DNA of 64,000 bases from the NCBI GenBank assembly GCA_035255085.1, contig DATEZY010000093.1, positions 15,183 through 79,182 of the forward strand, read 5' to 3'. The translations under genes were made by a program, and so were the position numbers. The notes beneath the pieces were generated by a model, which had not been told where the DNA came from, made no database searches, and saw only the letters and a program-made list of their open reading frames with translations. This document shows positions 19,794 through 28,192 of the stretch, one piece after another (the first letter of the stretch is position 1; every line of letters starts with the position of its first letter). The stretch comes from Azospira sp. (GTDB lineage: Bacteria > Pseudomonadota > Gammaproteobacteria > Burkholderiales > Rhodocyclaceae).

Positions 19794-20069
19794 GTGATTG
19801 TCATCAACCGGGAACGGGCGCTGGCCGTGGTGATTCGACACGACGGACAACGGGTCACGCTGGTGCCCATGCGCTGCGGCAAACTCACGGCCCAGCATCT
19901 GGCGGTGGCCGAGTTCAACCGGGAGTGGCAGGCTTGCGATGCGCCCCTGGCCCATACCCTGGAAACCTTCCAATTGCACATTGCGTCCCATGGCGCTTCC
20001 CGCGAAGTCGCCAGCGGCCTGGAAAGGCTGGCAGCCCGGGACCAGGATGTGGTGGCGAGCCTGTTCTGA
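19794..20069 (+). CDS. Hypothetical protein (~91 aa)
   Basis: GTG start after purine-rich aggggga; fills the gap between GGDEF-EAL and nosD; no family recognised. Confidence 0.5.
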   Translation: MIVINRERALAVVIRHDGQRVTLVPMRCGKLTAQHLAVAEFNREWQACDAPLAHTLETFQLHIASHGASREVASGLERLAARDQDVVASLF

Positions 20070-20095
20070 GGCGATGCCGGGTTAATGCCAGCTGC

Positions 20096-21310
20096 CTAGC
20101 GAGGCATGCGCGGAGCCCGGTCCCGTAATACCAGGGTGGGGTGGGAAAAGGGCGCCAGGCGCTCGAGAAAATCCAGCAGCTCCAACACTGGCGAGCTGCG
20201 GAAGAATTTGGCTTCCGGCGTCGCCATCCAGATGCGGTCGGCGTAGGCGTAGATTTCGTGGGGCGTGTCGCCCACACCATCCCGATTGCGGTCGAAGCCC
20301 TGGTAGTCGTCCCAGACATTGCCGTACCAGAAGTCGTTTTCCGGATCGCCGGCGTTGCTGGCGGTGACCTGCCACAGGTTGTTCTCAAAGCGGTTATTCA
20401 AGGCAATATGGCCGCCCCGCTCGCCGATATAGTTGATCCCGGTAATGTTGTGGGCCAGGCGGTTGCGGTGCAGGACGATGCGGTTCAGGGGGTGGGACGG
20501 GGAGTCGGCCATGATGCCGACGGCGCAATGGATGATCTGATTGTCTTCCAGCAGCACTGCCGCAGTTTCCTTCAGGGCAATGCCGGCGCCGGAGGCGTCC
20601 ATGGCGTGCAGGATGCGGTTGTTGCGGATGATCACGCCCTCGGAGTTGAGGACGATGACCCCGGTGGAGTTGAATTCCATCAAATTGCCTTCCACCCGGC
20701 TGCGGTGGGAAAAGATGAAATTCATGGCCCGTCGGCTATGGCGGATGGTGTTGTTGAGGAAACGGTTGCGTGGTGCATTGGCCACCGTGATATCCCGGGT
20801 CTGATCGATGTCGTTGGCCTCGATCAGGTTGCCCATGCTGTACCAGAGCCGCAGGGCGTCGCCCCGGTCAGCTGAATCCACGGGGAGGGAGCGGATGCGG
20901 TTGCGGCGGATGGTGTTGTCGTTGGCCTGTTTCAGGCTGATGCCGAACAGGCTGTCTTCCACCACGTTGTCTTCGATGCGGTTGCGCTGGCCTTCGACGG
21001 CCATGCCGCCGTCCATGCTGTCGTGGGAGCCGCCGCTGTTGATCAGGCGCATGCCCCGGATGGTGCTGTCGCTGGCCTGCAGGGTAAGCACCGTGCCCTT
21101 GCCGCCACCATCCACGGTCACCTGGCCCCGGCCGTCCAGGGTCAGGGGCTTGTCGATACGTACCGGCCCGGCATAGATGCCTGGCGGCGGAACCAGGACG
21201 CCGCCGGCAGGGGTGGCATCGATCCAGGGTTGCAGGGGAGGGAGTGCGGCGGCGGAGCCTGCCGTGAGCAGGAGCACCAGAAACTGCAGGCAGCGCCGCC
21301 TCGGGGTCAT
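20096..21310 (-). CDS. nosD: NosD-family periplasmic beta-helix protein
   Basis: Signal peptide; PGIYAGPVRIDKPLTLDG, RGDALRLWYS, Asn-rich beta-helix repeats, GNVWDDYQGFDRNRDGVGDTP. Confidence 0.82.
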   Translation of the reverse strand: MTPRRRCLQFLVLLLTAGSAAALPPLQPWIDATPAGGVLVPPPGIYAGPVRIDKPLTLDGRGQVTVDGGGKGTVLTLQASDSTIRGMRLINSGGSHDSMDGGMAVEGQRNRIEDNVVEDSLFGISLKQANDNTIRRNRIRSLPVDSADRGDALRLWYSMGNLIEANDIDQTRDITVANAPRNRFLNNTIRHSRRAMNFIFSHRSRVEGNLMEFNSTGVIVLNSEGVIIRNNRILHAMDASGAGIALKETAAVLLEDNQIIHCAVGIMADSPSHPLNRIVLHRNRLAHNITGINYIGERGGHIALNNRFENNLWQVTASNAGDPENDFWYGNVWDDYQGFDRNRDGVGDTPHEIYAYADRIWMATPEAKFFRSSPVLELLDFLERLAPFSHPTLVLRDRAPRMPR

Positions 21311-22035
21311 GCTGCTGCGGGAGGAGGGGTTTCCTCCGGGGGCGGGAACCACAGGCACTTGCCTTTGCTGTCCTTCTGGATGCCGGCCAGGGCCTGCTCG
21401 TGGGCGGCCAGTTCGGTAGCGTCGGCACGTAGCACCCGCAGGGGTTTGCGGTTGCCGGTGCTGATGGTGATATCCGCCTGGATGGCTGGGGCGCTGGCCA
21501 GCTCGATCATCAGGCTTTCTTGGCCCCTGGTCATGGCGACATAGACTTCGGCCAGGATTTCCGCGTCGAGCAAGGCGCCGTGCAAGGTCCGGTGGGAGTT
21601 GTCCACCTCGTAGCGGTCACATAGGGCGTTGAGGTTGTTCTTCTTGCCCGGGTGCATCTCCTTGGCCATCTTCAGGGTATCCACGACCCCGCTACACACC
21701 TCGCCGACCGGCGGCAACTTGAGGCGGGCCAGTTCGGCATTGAGGAAGCCAATGTCGAAGGCCGCGTTGTGGATGACTAGTTCAGCACCCCGGATGAACT
21801 CCAGAAATTCAGCAGCGATGGCGGCGAACTTGGGCTTGTCCGCCAGGAATTCCAGGCTGATGCCGTGCACCGCCTGGGCACCTTCATCGATGGCCCGTTC
21901 CGGATTGATGTATTTGTGGAAGTGGCGATTGGTCAGGCGGCGGTTGACCATTTCTACACCGGCCACTTCGATGATGCGATGGCCCAGCTTGTGTTCCAGG
22001 CCGGTGGTTTCGGTGTCGAGAAAGATTTGGCGCAT
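21307..22035 (-). CDS. dnaQ: DNA polymerase III epsilon subunit
   Basis: LDTETTG, HNAAFD, LHGALLDAEIL exonuclease motifs. Confidence 0.96.
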   Translation of the reverse strand: MRQIFLDTETTGLEHKLGHRIIEVAGVEMVNRRLTNRHFHKYINPERAIDEGAQAVHGISLEFLADKPKFAAIAAEFLEFIRGAELVIHNAAFDIGFLNAELARLKLPPVGEVCSGVVDTLKMAKEMHPGKKNNLNALCDRYEVDNSHRTLHGALLDAEILAEVYVAMTRGQESLMIELASAPAIQADITISTGNRKPLRVLRADATELAAHEQALAGIQKDSKGKCLWFPPPEETPPPAAA

Positions 22036-22104
22036 GATTTTGTCCAGTTTAGGCAGGGGCGCCGGGCTTGTCGGCGACCCAGATCAAAATTGGTTCTTTA
22101 GGCC

Positions 22105-22566
22105 TCAGGCGTTGCGAGGCAACTCGTCGATGCCCCGGTTGGCCAGGTTGTCGGCCCGTTCGTTGCCCGGGTTGCCGGCGTGGCCCTTGACCCAGATCCA
22201 TTGCACGTGGAACTGGCGGGCCAGGACGTCCAGCTCCTGCCACAGGTCGGCATTTTTCACCGGCTTCTTGTCGCTGGTGCGCCAGCCGTTGCGCTTCCAG
22301 TTGTGGATCCACTCGCCGATGCCCTTCTGCACATACTGGGAGTCGGTATAGACCTTGACCGGCACCGGCCGCTTTAGGGCCTCCAGGGCGCGGATGACGG
22401 CGGTGAGCTCCATGCGGTTGTTGGTGGTTTCCCTTTCGCCTCCCCACAACTCCTTTTCGTGGCTGCCGGCCTTGAGTATTGCTCCCCAGCCGCCGGGGCC
22501 GGGGTTGCCGCGACAGGCGCCGTCGGCATAGATCTCTACGGGGGGGGAAGATTGCTTACTGTCCAT
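22105..22566 (-). CDS. rnhA: Ribonuclease HI
   Basis: [40 protein letters not shown]. Confidence 0.96.
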   Translation of the reverse strand: MDSKQSSPPVEIYADGACRGNPGPGGWGAILKAGSHEKELWGGERETTNNRMELTAVIRALEALKRPVPVKVYTDSQYVQKGIGEWIHNWKRNGWRTSDKKPVKNADLWQELDVLARQFHVQWIWVKGHAGNPGNERADNLANRGIDELPRNA

Positions 22567-23281
22567 CGTTTTTTGCTTCCTTTTGTGCAATCGGTGCCAG
22601 GGCCTTGGCCCGGGCCATTCGGTCCCGCCAGGCGGGGAGCAGCAGACGCATGCCCGGTACGCGCTTGACGGCACGCAGGAGGTACACGCCACCGGCAAAG
22701 CCCCACCAGCGGTCACCCGCCTGCTCCATGAAATGGGAGCGGCGCAGCCATTTTTCCTGGGCGAAGGGAGGGGCGTAGCAGCCAAAGTTGCCCCGGTCCA
22801 CCTCGAAGCCGAGCAGGGACAACCAGTCTTTCAGCCGCAGTGCCGAGAGATAACGGCCATTCCAGGGGAAGGTGTCCTCCTCACAGCCAAGGCGGCGATA
22901 GGCACCCCATAAGGAAATCGGGTTGAAGCCGACAATCACGACCTGACCTTCCGGGATCAGCACCCGTTCCACTTCCCGCAGAATCTGGTGCGGATCGGGG
23001 AAAAATTCCAGTACGTGGGGCAGGATCACCAGATCCAGGCTGGCATTAGCGAAGGGGAGCTGGCGCAGGTCGCAGCGCACCGCCACCGGGCCGGAGTCAC
23101 CAGCGCAGCAGCGTAGAGGGATGCGATTTTCCCGGAGGAAATCCACCTGGGGCAGTCCAAGCTGTATGGCGTGAAAACCGAAAATGTCGGCCACCAGCCG
23201 GTCCACCCGGGACTGCTCCCAGTTCAAGGCGTAGCGTCCCTGGGGGGAGTCGAGCCAGTTTTCAAGCCCTGGAATTGACAT
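22556..23281 (-). CDS. YafS-like class I SAM-dependent methyltransferase
   Basis: [39 protein letters not shown]; conserved position between gloB and rnhA. Confidence 0.85.
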   Translation of the reverse strand: MSIPGLENWLDSPQGRYALNWEQSRVDRLVADIFGFHAIQLGLPQVDFLRENRIPLRCCAGDSGPVAVRCDLRQLPFANASLDLVILPHVLEFFPDPHQILREVERVLIPEGQVVIVGFNPISLWGAYRRLGCEEDTFPWNGRYLSALRLKDWLSLLGFEVDRGNFGCYAPPFAQEKWLRRSHFMEQAGDRWWGFAGGVYLLRAVKRVPGMRLLLPAWRDRMARAKALAPIAQKEAKNDGQ

Positions 23282-23333
23282 TCCTGTCGTGCCCCCCAAT
23301 AGTAGAAAAATGAGTCAAAGCCCACATCGAATC

Positions 23334-24164
23334 ATGCAAACCACCACCCCCAGCCATGCTGCCACTTTACCTGCGGACGAAATCCAGATTGTTCCGCTCC
23401 CGGCCTTTCGTGACAATTATATCTGGCTGCTCCGGCGGGGGCAGGTCGCTGCCGTAGTGGATCCGGGGGATGGGGCGCCAGTGCTGGCCGCCCTGCGTAA
23501 ACTTGGCTTGCGCCTGGATGCGATCCTCCTCACCCATCATCATGCGGATCACGTGGGCGGCGTTGAGGAGTTGCTGGCTGCCTGGCCGCAAGGGGACCGG
23601 CCCCTGGTCTTCGGACCGGCGGCGGAGTCTATCACAGGCGTCACCCAGCCGTTGGCGGGGGGCGAGAGCATCAGCCTGCCGGGGCTGGGGCTGGATTTTC
23701 AGGTGCTGGCGGTGCCAGGCCATACTCGGGGGCATCTGGCCTATTTTTGCCAGTTGGCCGGGCAGCCCGCCCTATTCTGTGGCGACACCCTGTTTGGCGC
23801 CGGCTGTGGCCGCCTGTTCGAAGGCACCCCGAGCCAGATGGCCCACTCCCTGGCCTACATCGCCAGTCTGCCGGACGAGACGGCGATCTATTGTGCCCAT
23901 GAATACACGGCCATGAACCTGGGCTTTGCCCAGGCAGTGGAGCCCCATAATCCGGATATTTCCCGGCGCGTTGCGGCGGTGGCGGAATTGCGCCACCGCG
24001 ATCAGCCGACCCTGCCTTCCAGTCTGGCCCTGGAAAAGGCGACCAACCCCTTCCTGCGTTGCGAGCAACCTGAGGTTGTCGCAGCCGCCAGGCGACAGGG
24101 AGCCGTTGGGGGCGATCCGGTCAGTGTTTTTGCGGCGCTGCGGGAGTGGCGCAACCAATTCTGA
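23334..24164 (+). CDS. gloB: Hydroxyacylglutathione hydrolase (glyoxalase II)
   Basis: AFRDNYIW, THHHADHVGG, PGHT, GDTLFGAGCGR, AHEYT, TNPFLR; start could also be 23310. Confidence 0.93.
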   Translation: MQTTTPSHAATLPADEIQIVPLPAFRDNYIWLLRRGQVAAVVDPGDGAPVLAALRKLGLRLDAILLTHHHADHVGGVEELLAAWPQGDRPLVFGPAAESITGVTQPLAGGESISLPGLGLDFQVLAVPGHTRGHLAYFCQLAGQPALFCGDTLFGAGCGRLFEGTPSQMAHSLAYIASLPDETAIYCAHEYTAMNLGFAQAVEPHNPDISRRVAAVAELRHRDQPTLPSSLALEKATNPFLRCEQPEVVAAARRQGAVGGDPVSVFAALREWRNQF

Positions 24165-24216
24165 TGGGAGTTCGGATGTAAATCGCGTGACTCGAGCGGT
24201 CGCGCCGGGCAGGGCG

Positions 24217-24630
24217 CTAGGCGTTTGGCGGAGTGGCGGCCGGGGAATTGGACTGGTGGTTGGCCCAGGCCCGGGACAGGGCTTCCAGCACCTTGGCCGC
24301 ATTGAAAGGCTTGACGACGATGCCGTTGGCCCCCAATTCCAGGGCTTCCTGGACGTTTTCCATGCTGGCGTTGCCGGTGATCATCACCACGCCAATGGCC
24401 GGATGATCCCGCTTCAAGGTTCTCAGGACTTCCAGCCCGTCGAGCTCGGGCATCATCACGTCCAGGCAGATCAGGTCCGGCTTCAGGCTTTCGGCCAGTT
24501 CCAGGGCCTGAATGCCGTTGCGTGCCTCTCCCACGACCTGGTACTGCTCATTGCGCAGGATGCCGCGCAGCAGGGTACGCATGATGTCGTTGTCGTCGAC
24601 GATGATAATGGTTGGGTGGTAGCGACTCAT
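24217..24630 (-). CDS. Single-domain response regulator (CheY-like)
   Basis: IVDD, LDVMMP..DG, MIT, VKPF. Confidence 0.9.
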   Translation of the reverse strand: MSRYHPTIIIVDDNDIMRTLLRGILRNEQYQVVGEARNGIQALELAESLKPDLICLDVMMPELDGLEVLRTLKRDHPAIGVVMITGNASMENVQEALELGANGIVVKPFNAAKVLEALSRAWANHQSNSPAATPPNA

Positions 24631-24638
24631 GGGGCTGC

Positions 24639-25601
24639 TTATTGCGGCAGTGGATCGGTCTCGGCGGCGGCCAGGCGGCAGACCTGGTTGCGGCCTGCCT
24701 GTTTGGCTCGATAAAGGGCCTGGTCAGCGGCCAGCATCAGTTGTTCCGGCGTGCTGTCCGCCTCGGCAATGATGGAGGAAACGCCGCAGCTGATACTGAC
24801 CGTGCCATGGAGCGAGCCGGCATGGGGCATCTTCAACTGGGCGACGCTGTGGCGCATGCGTTCGGCGACGAAGGCGGCGCCACCGAGCTTGGTGTCCGGC
24901 AGGATGATACTGAATTCTTCACCGCCATAGCGGGCGAGCAGGTCGCCGCCGCGTTCCATGGCCCGGGCCATGGCATTGGCCACCTTTTTCAGGCATTCGT
25001 CACCAGCCTGGTGGCCGTAGGTGTCGTTGTATTTCTTGAAAAAATCCACGTCGCACATGATCACCGACAGCTCGCTCCCCTGGCGCATGGAGCGGCGCCA
25101 TTCCCGCCCCAGGGCCTCATCGAACATGCGGCGGTTGGCCACGCCAGTCAGGCCGTCCACAGCGGAGAGGCGCTTCAGTTCCTGGTTGGCCACGTCCAGC
25201 TTGCGCGTCAGGACCAGCAGGGAATGACGCATTTGCACAATACGCTGCATGGCGCGGATCTTGGCCCGCAGGACCACGTCGCTGACCGGCTTTTGCAGGT
25301 AGTCGTCGCCGCCGGCGGCGATGCCTTTTTCCAGGTCGGCATCGCCAGACATGGCGGTGAGGAAAATGATCGGCGTCCATTCCCCAGGTTGTTCCAGTTC
25401 CCGGATGCGGCGGGCGACCTGGAAGCCATCGATATCCGGCAACACCACGTCCAGGAGCACCAGGTCCGGGCGCTCGCTCTGGAACAGCTCGATGGCCTGG
25501 GTGCCGCAGTTGGCAGGCACCGGCGTGATGCCGAGCTTTTCCAGGTGGTGACAGACCACCGCCAGTGCGGTTTTGGTGTCTTCGACGATCAGCGTTTTCA
25601 T
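24639..25601 (-). CDS. REC-GGDEF diguanylate cyclase
   Basis: REC (IVED, LDVVLP, KP); DGLTGVANRR; RGGD I-site; GGEEF. Confidence 0.92.
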   Translation of the reverse strand: MKTLIVEDTKTALAVVCHHLEKLGITPVPANCGTQAIELFQSERPDLVLLDVVLPDIDGFQVARRIRELEQPGEWTPIIFLTAMSGDADLEKGIAAGGDDYLQKPVSDVVLRAKIRAMQRIVQMRHSLLVLTRKLDVANQELKRLSAVDGLTGVANRRMFDEALGREWRRSMRQGSELSVIMCDVDFFKKYNDTYGHQAGDECLKKVANAMARAMERGGDLLARYGGEEFSIILPDTKLGGAAFVAERMRHSVAQLKMPHAGSLHGTVSISCGVSSIIAEADSTPEQLMLAADQALYRAKQAGRNQVCRLAAAETDPLPQ

Positions 25602-25666
25602 TGTTTTTGTGCGTGGGACGGATGGCTCAGGAATCGGCCATTTTATCCCTATGGCGTAGTTTTAGG

Positions 25667-26098
25667 TTAGCGGCAGAGACGGTCGAAAAACAGGATGATG
25701 CATCCCCCAACTACTAGGCTCAAGGTTGCCAGAATCAAGGCTGAGCGGGCGTTCCGGACTCGCTCCTTATAACCCCTGGCCTTGTTGTCCAGATACTGGG
25801 CAAATTCCCCCAGGGCCGTGAGCATGGCCAAGGCAAAGGCTGCCAGGGCGAAAAAGAGCGCCGCGCTCTGGGGGTTGTCGATGTCGCGGCAGGCGGCTCC
25901 CACCAGGTGGCGCAGCTTCAGGGTCATGTCAAAGCGCAGGGCGAAATAGAAACCGAAAAAGATGGTGACACCGAACAGTACCATCATGCCGATCAGTATC
26001 CAGGTGTCCGGCTTCTGCAATTCGGCCCACAGGTTCAGCAGATCCCTGGCGATGTCCATGGCGAAGTCAGCCAGGCCATTAAGCACGAAACGCAGCAC
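25667..26098 (-). CDS. Hypothetical membrane protein (about 3 TM)
   Basis: SD-like AAGGAG before GTG; three hydrophobic segments. Confidence 0.65.
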   Translation of the reverse strand: MLRFVLNGLADFAMDIARDLLNLWAELQKPDTWILIGMMVLFGVTIFFGFYFALRFDMTLKLRHLVGAACRDIDNPQSAALFFALAAFALAMLTALGEFAQYLDNKARGYKERVRNARSALILATLSLVVGGCIILFFDRLCR

Positions 26099-26296
26099 CG
26101 CTTCTCCTTTGTTTTCGGCAGGCGGGGCCTAGCCCGCGGTCCTCTCACCAGTTTAGCCAGCTTATTTCCGGTGGCGAGGAATTATTCCCGCGTTCCCGTG
26201 CATTTATCCGAAAAACCCAGTCTGTAGGTCCGATGAAAGGGGCGCTCTTGGAGCGCCAGGACGTAAAATGACGCCCCCGCCAGTTTTGGAATTCCC

Positions 26297-27646
26297 ATGA
26301 CCGATACCTTGCTCATCGTTCTTCTTGTTGTTGCCTTAATGCTCCTGGCCCTGCAGGTTCTATCGCTACTGCGCCAGCGGGCTGGCGAGGATCCGGGGGC
26401 GGGGTTCGTCGCCCTGGAGGCCGCCCTGGCCCGCCAGGAGCGGGAATTGCGGGAGGAATTTGCCCGCAGCCGGCAGGAGGCGACCAATGCATCCCGCCAG
26501 GATCGGGAGGAACAGGGGCTGGCTTTAGCGCGCCTTTCCCAGGGCTTGGGCGGGCAGGTGGCCCAGCTGGGTCAGCTCCAGGGGCAGCAGCTGGAGGCCT
26601 TTGCCCTGCAGCTGTCCCGCTTGGTGCAAAGCAACGAGGAGCGGTTCGAGCAGCTGCGTCAGGCGGTGGAAGCCCGGCTGGCAGCGATCCAGAGCGATAG
26701 CGCCGGCAAGCTGGAAGAAATGCGGCGGACGGTGGACGAGAAGCTCCATGCCACCCTGGAGCAGCGTCTGGGAGAGTCCTTCAAGCTGGTCTCGGACCGG
26801 CTGGAGCAGGTGCATCGGGGGCTGGGGGAGATGCAGACCCTGGCGGCCGGTGTCGGCGACCTGAAAAAGGTGCTGACCAACGTGAAAACCCGGGGTACCT
26901 GGGGCGAGGTTCAGCTCTCCAGTCTCCTGGACCAGATACTGACCCCGGAACAGTACGGAACCAATGTGGCCACCCGGCCCCGCAGCAACGAGCGGGTGGA
27001 ATTCGCCATCCGCCTGCCGGGCAAGGGCGGCGAACTGTTCGGGGCCGACCAGCCGGTGTGGCTGCCCATCGACGCCAAATTCCCCATCGAGGATTACCAG
27101 AAGCTGCTGGATGCCCAGGAGCGGGCCGACCTGCAGGCGGTGGAAGAGGCGGGCAAGTCCCTGGAGTCCCGCTTGAAGCAGGAGGCCAAGAGCATCCGCG
27201 ACAAGTATGTGGAGCCGCCCCACACTACCGATTTCGCCCTGCTCTACCTGCCCATCGAGGGCCTCTACGCTGAAGCCTTGCGCCGCCCCGGTCTGGCAGA
27301 ACTGTTGCAGCGGGAGTACCGGGTTTCCCTCACCGGTCCCACCACCCTGACCGCCATGCTCAACAGCCTGCAGATGGGCTTCCGTACCCTGGCCATCGAG
27401 AAGCGCTCCTCCGAGGTCTGGCTGGTGCTGGGGGCGGTAAAGACCGAATTCGGCAAGTTTGGCGAGGCCCTGGCAGCCACCAAGAAAAAATTGGAGCAGG
27501 CCACCAACAGCATCGGTGCCGCCGAGGTCCGTACCCGCCAGATCGAGCGCAAGCTGAAGAGCGTCGAGGCGCTGCCGGTGGGGGAGGCCGCTGGCCTGTT
27601 GAGCGGGCTGGAAAGTCTGGAAGCGGAAGAGGGCGGAGAGGCCTGA
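26297..27646 (+). CDS. rmuC: DNA recombination protein RmuC
   Basis: N-terminal TM and coiled coil; KTRGTWGE, PIDAKFP, TTDFALLYLPIEGLY, GPTTL. Confidence 0.92.
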   Translation: MTDTLLIVLLVVALMLLALQVLSLLRQRAGEDPGAGFVALEAALARQERELREEFARSRQEATNASRQDREEQGLALARLSQGLGGQVAQLGQLQGQQLEAFALQLSRLVQSNEERFEQLRQAVEARLAAIQSDSAGKLEEMRRTVDEKLHATLEQRLGESFKLVSDRLEQVHRGLGEMQTLAAGVGDLKKVLTNVKTRGTWGEVQLSSLLDQILTPEQYGTNVATRPRSNERVEFAIRLPGKGGELFGADQPVWLPIDAKFPIEDYQKLLDAQERADLQAVEEAGKSLESRLKQEAKSIRDKYVEPPHTTDFALLYLPIEGLYAEALRRPGLAELLQREYRVSLTGPTTLTAMLNSLQMGFRTLAIEKRSSEVWLVLGAVKTEFGKFGEALAATKKKLEQATNSIGAAEVRTRQIERKLKSVEALPVGEAAGLLSGLESLEAEEGGEA

Positions 27647-27656
27647 GGCGCGTCCT

Positions 27657-28088
27657 ATGTCGCATCCCATGCCCCCAAGCCGCTTGGCAGCCGCCTATGG
27701 TGCTACTACCTACCGGGTACTGTTCCCCGGCGGGGCGGTGGACCTACGGGTTGGGGCTCTAGCCCCCAATGAACTGGGATCTTTCCCCTGGATGGTGATC
27801 ACAGCCTGCAATCCGGGCTCCCTAAAGTTGTCAGAGGAGGAGAACTTGGCGCGCCAGCAAGCTCTGGTGGCACGCCTGCGCGCCCTGGGGCTTCCGTTCG
27901 TGGCAGCGGAGAATCTGGCAGATGCCGGAGATTGGCCCTTGGAGCCTGGTTTCTGGGTTAGTTCGCCACGGCTGGACCGGCCGCTCGCGTTGGCTCTGGG
28001 GCAGGAATTCGGTCAGGTCGCCGTATTGTGGGGCCAGGCGGGGAAGGTGTCCCAGTTATTGTGGAGTGAGGGCGAGCCTTATCCCTGA
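27657..28088 (+). CDS. DUF3293-like protein
   Basis: ITACNPGS...EENLARQ..L, W..E, ALGQEFGQ.A. Confidence 0.7.
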   Translation: MSHPMPPSRLAAAYGATTYRVLFPGGAVDLRVGALAPNELGSFPWMVITACNPGSLKLSEEENLARQQALVARLRALGLPFVAAENLADAGDWPLEPGFWVSSPRLDRPLALALGQEFGQVAVLWGQAGKVSQLLWSEGEPYP

Positions 28089-28192
28089 ATGTACTGGGCA
28101 CCATCAGGCCGGAGTGAGTTGGAGTGATTTTATGCCTGCTATTTCCCTTACGGGCGCGCTAGAATGGCGCGGAATTATTGACGAGACCTAGC

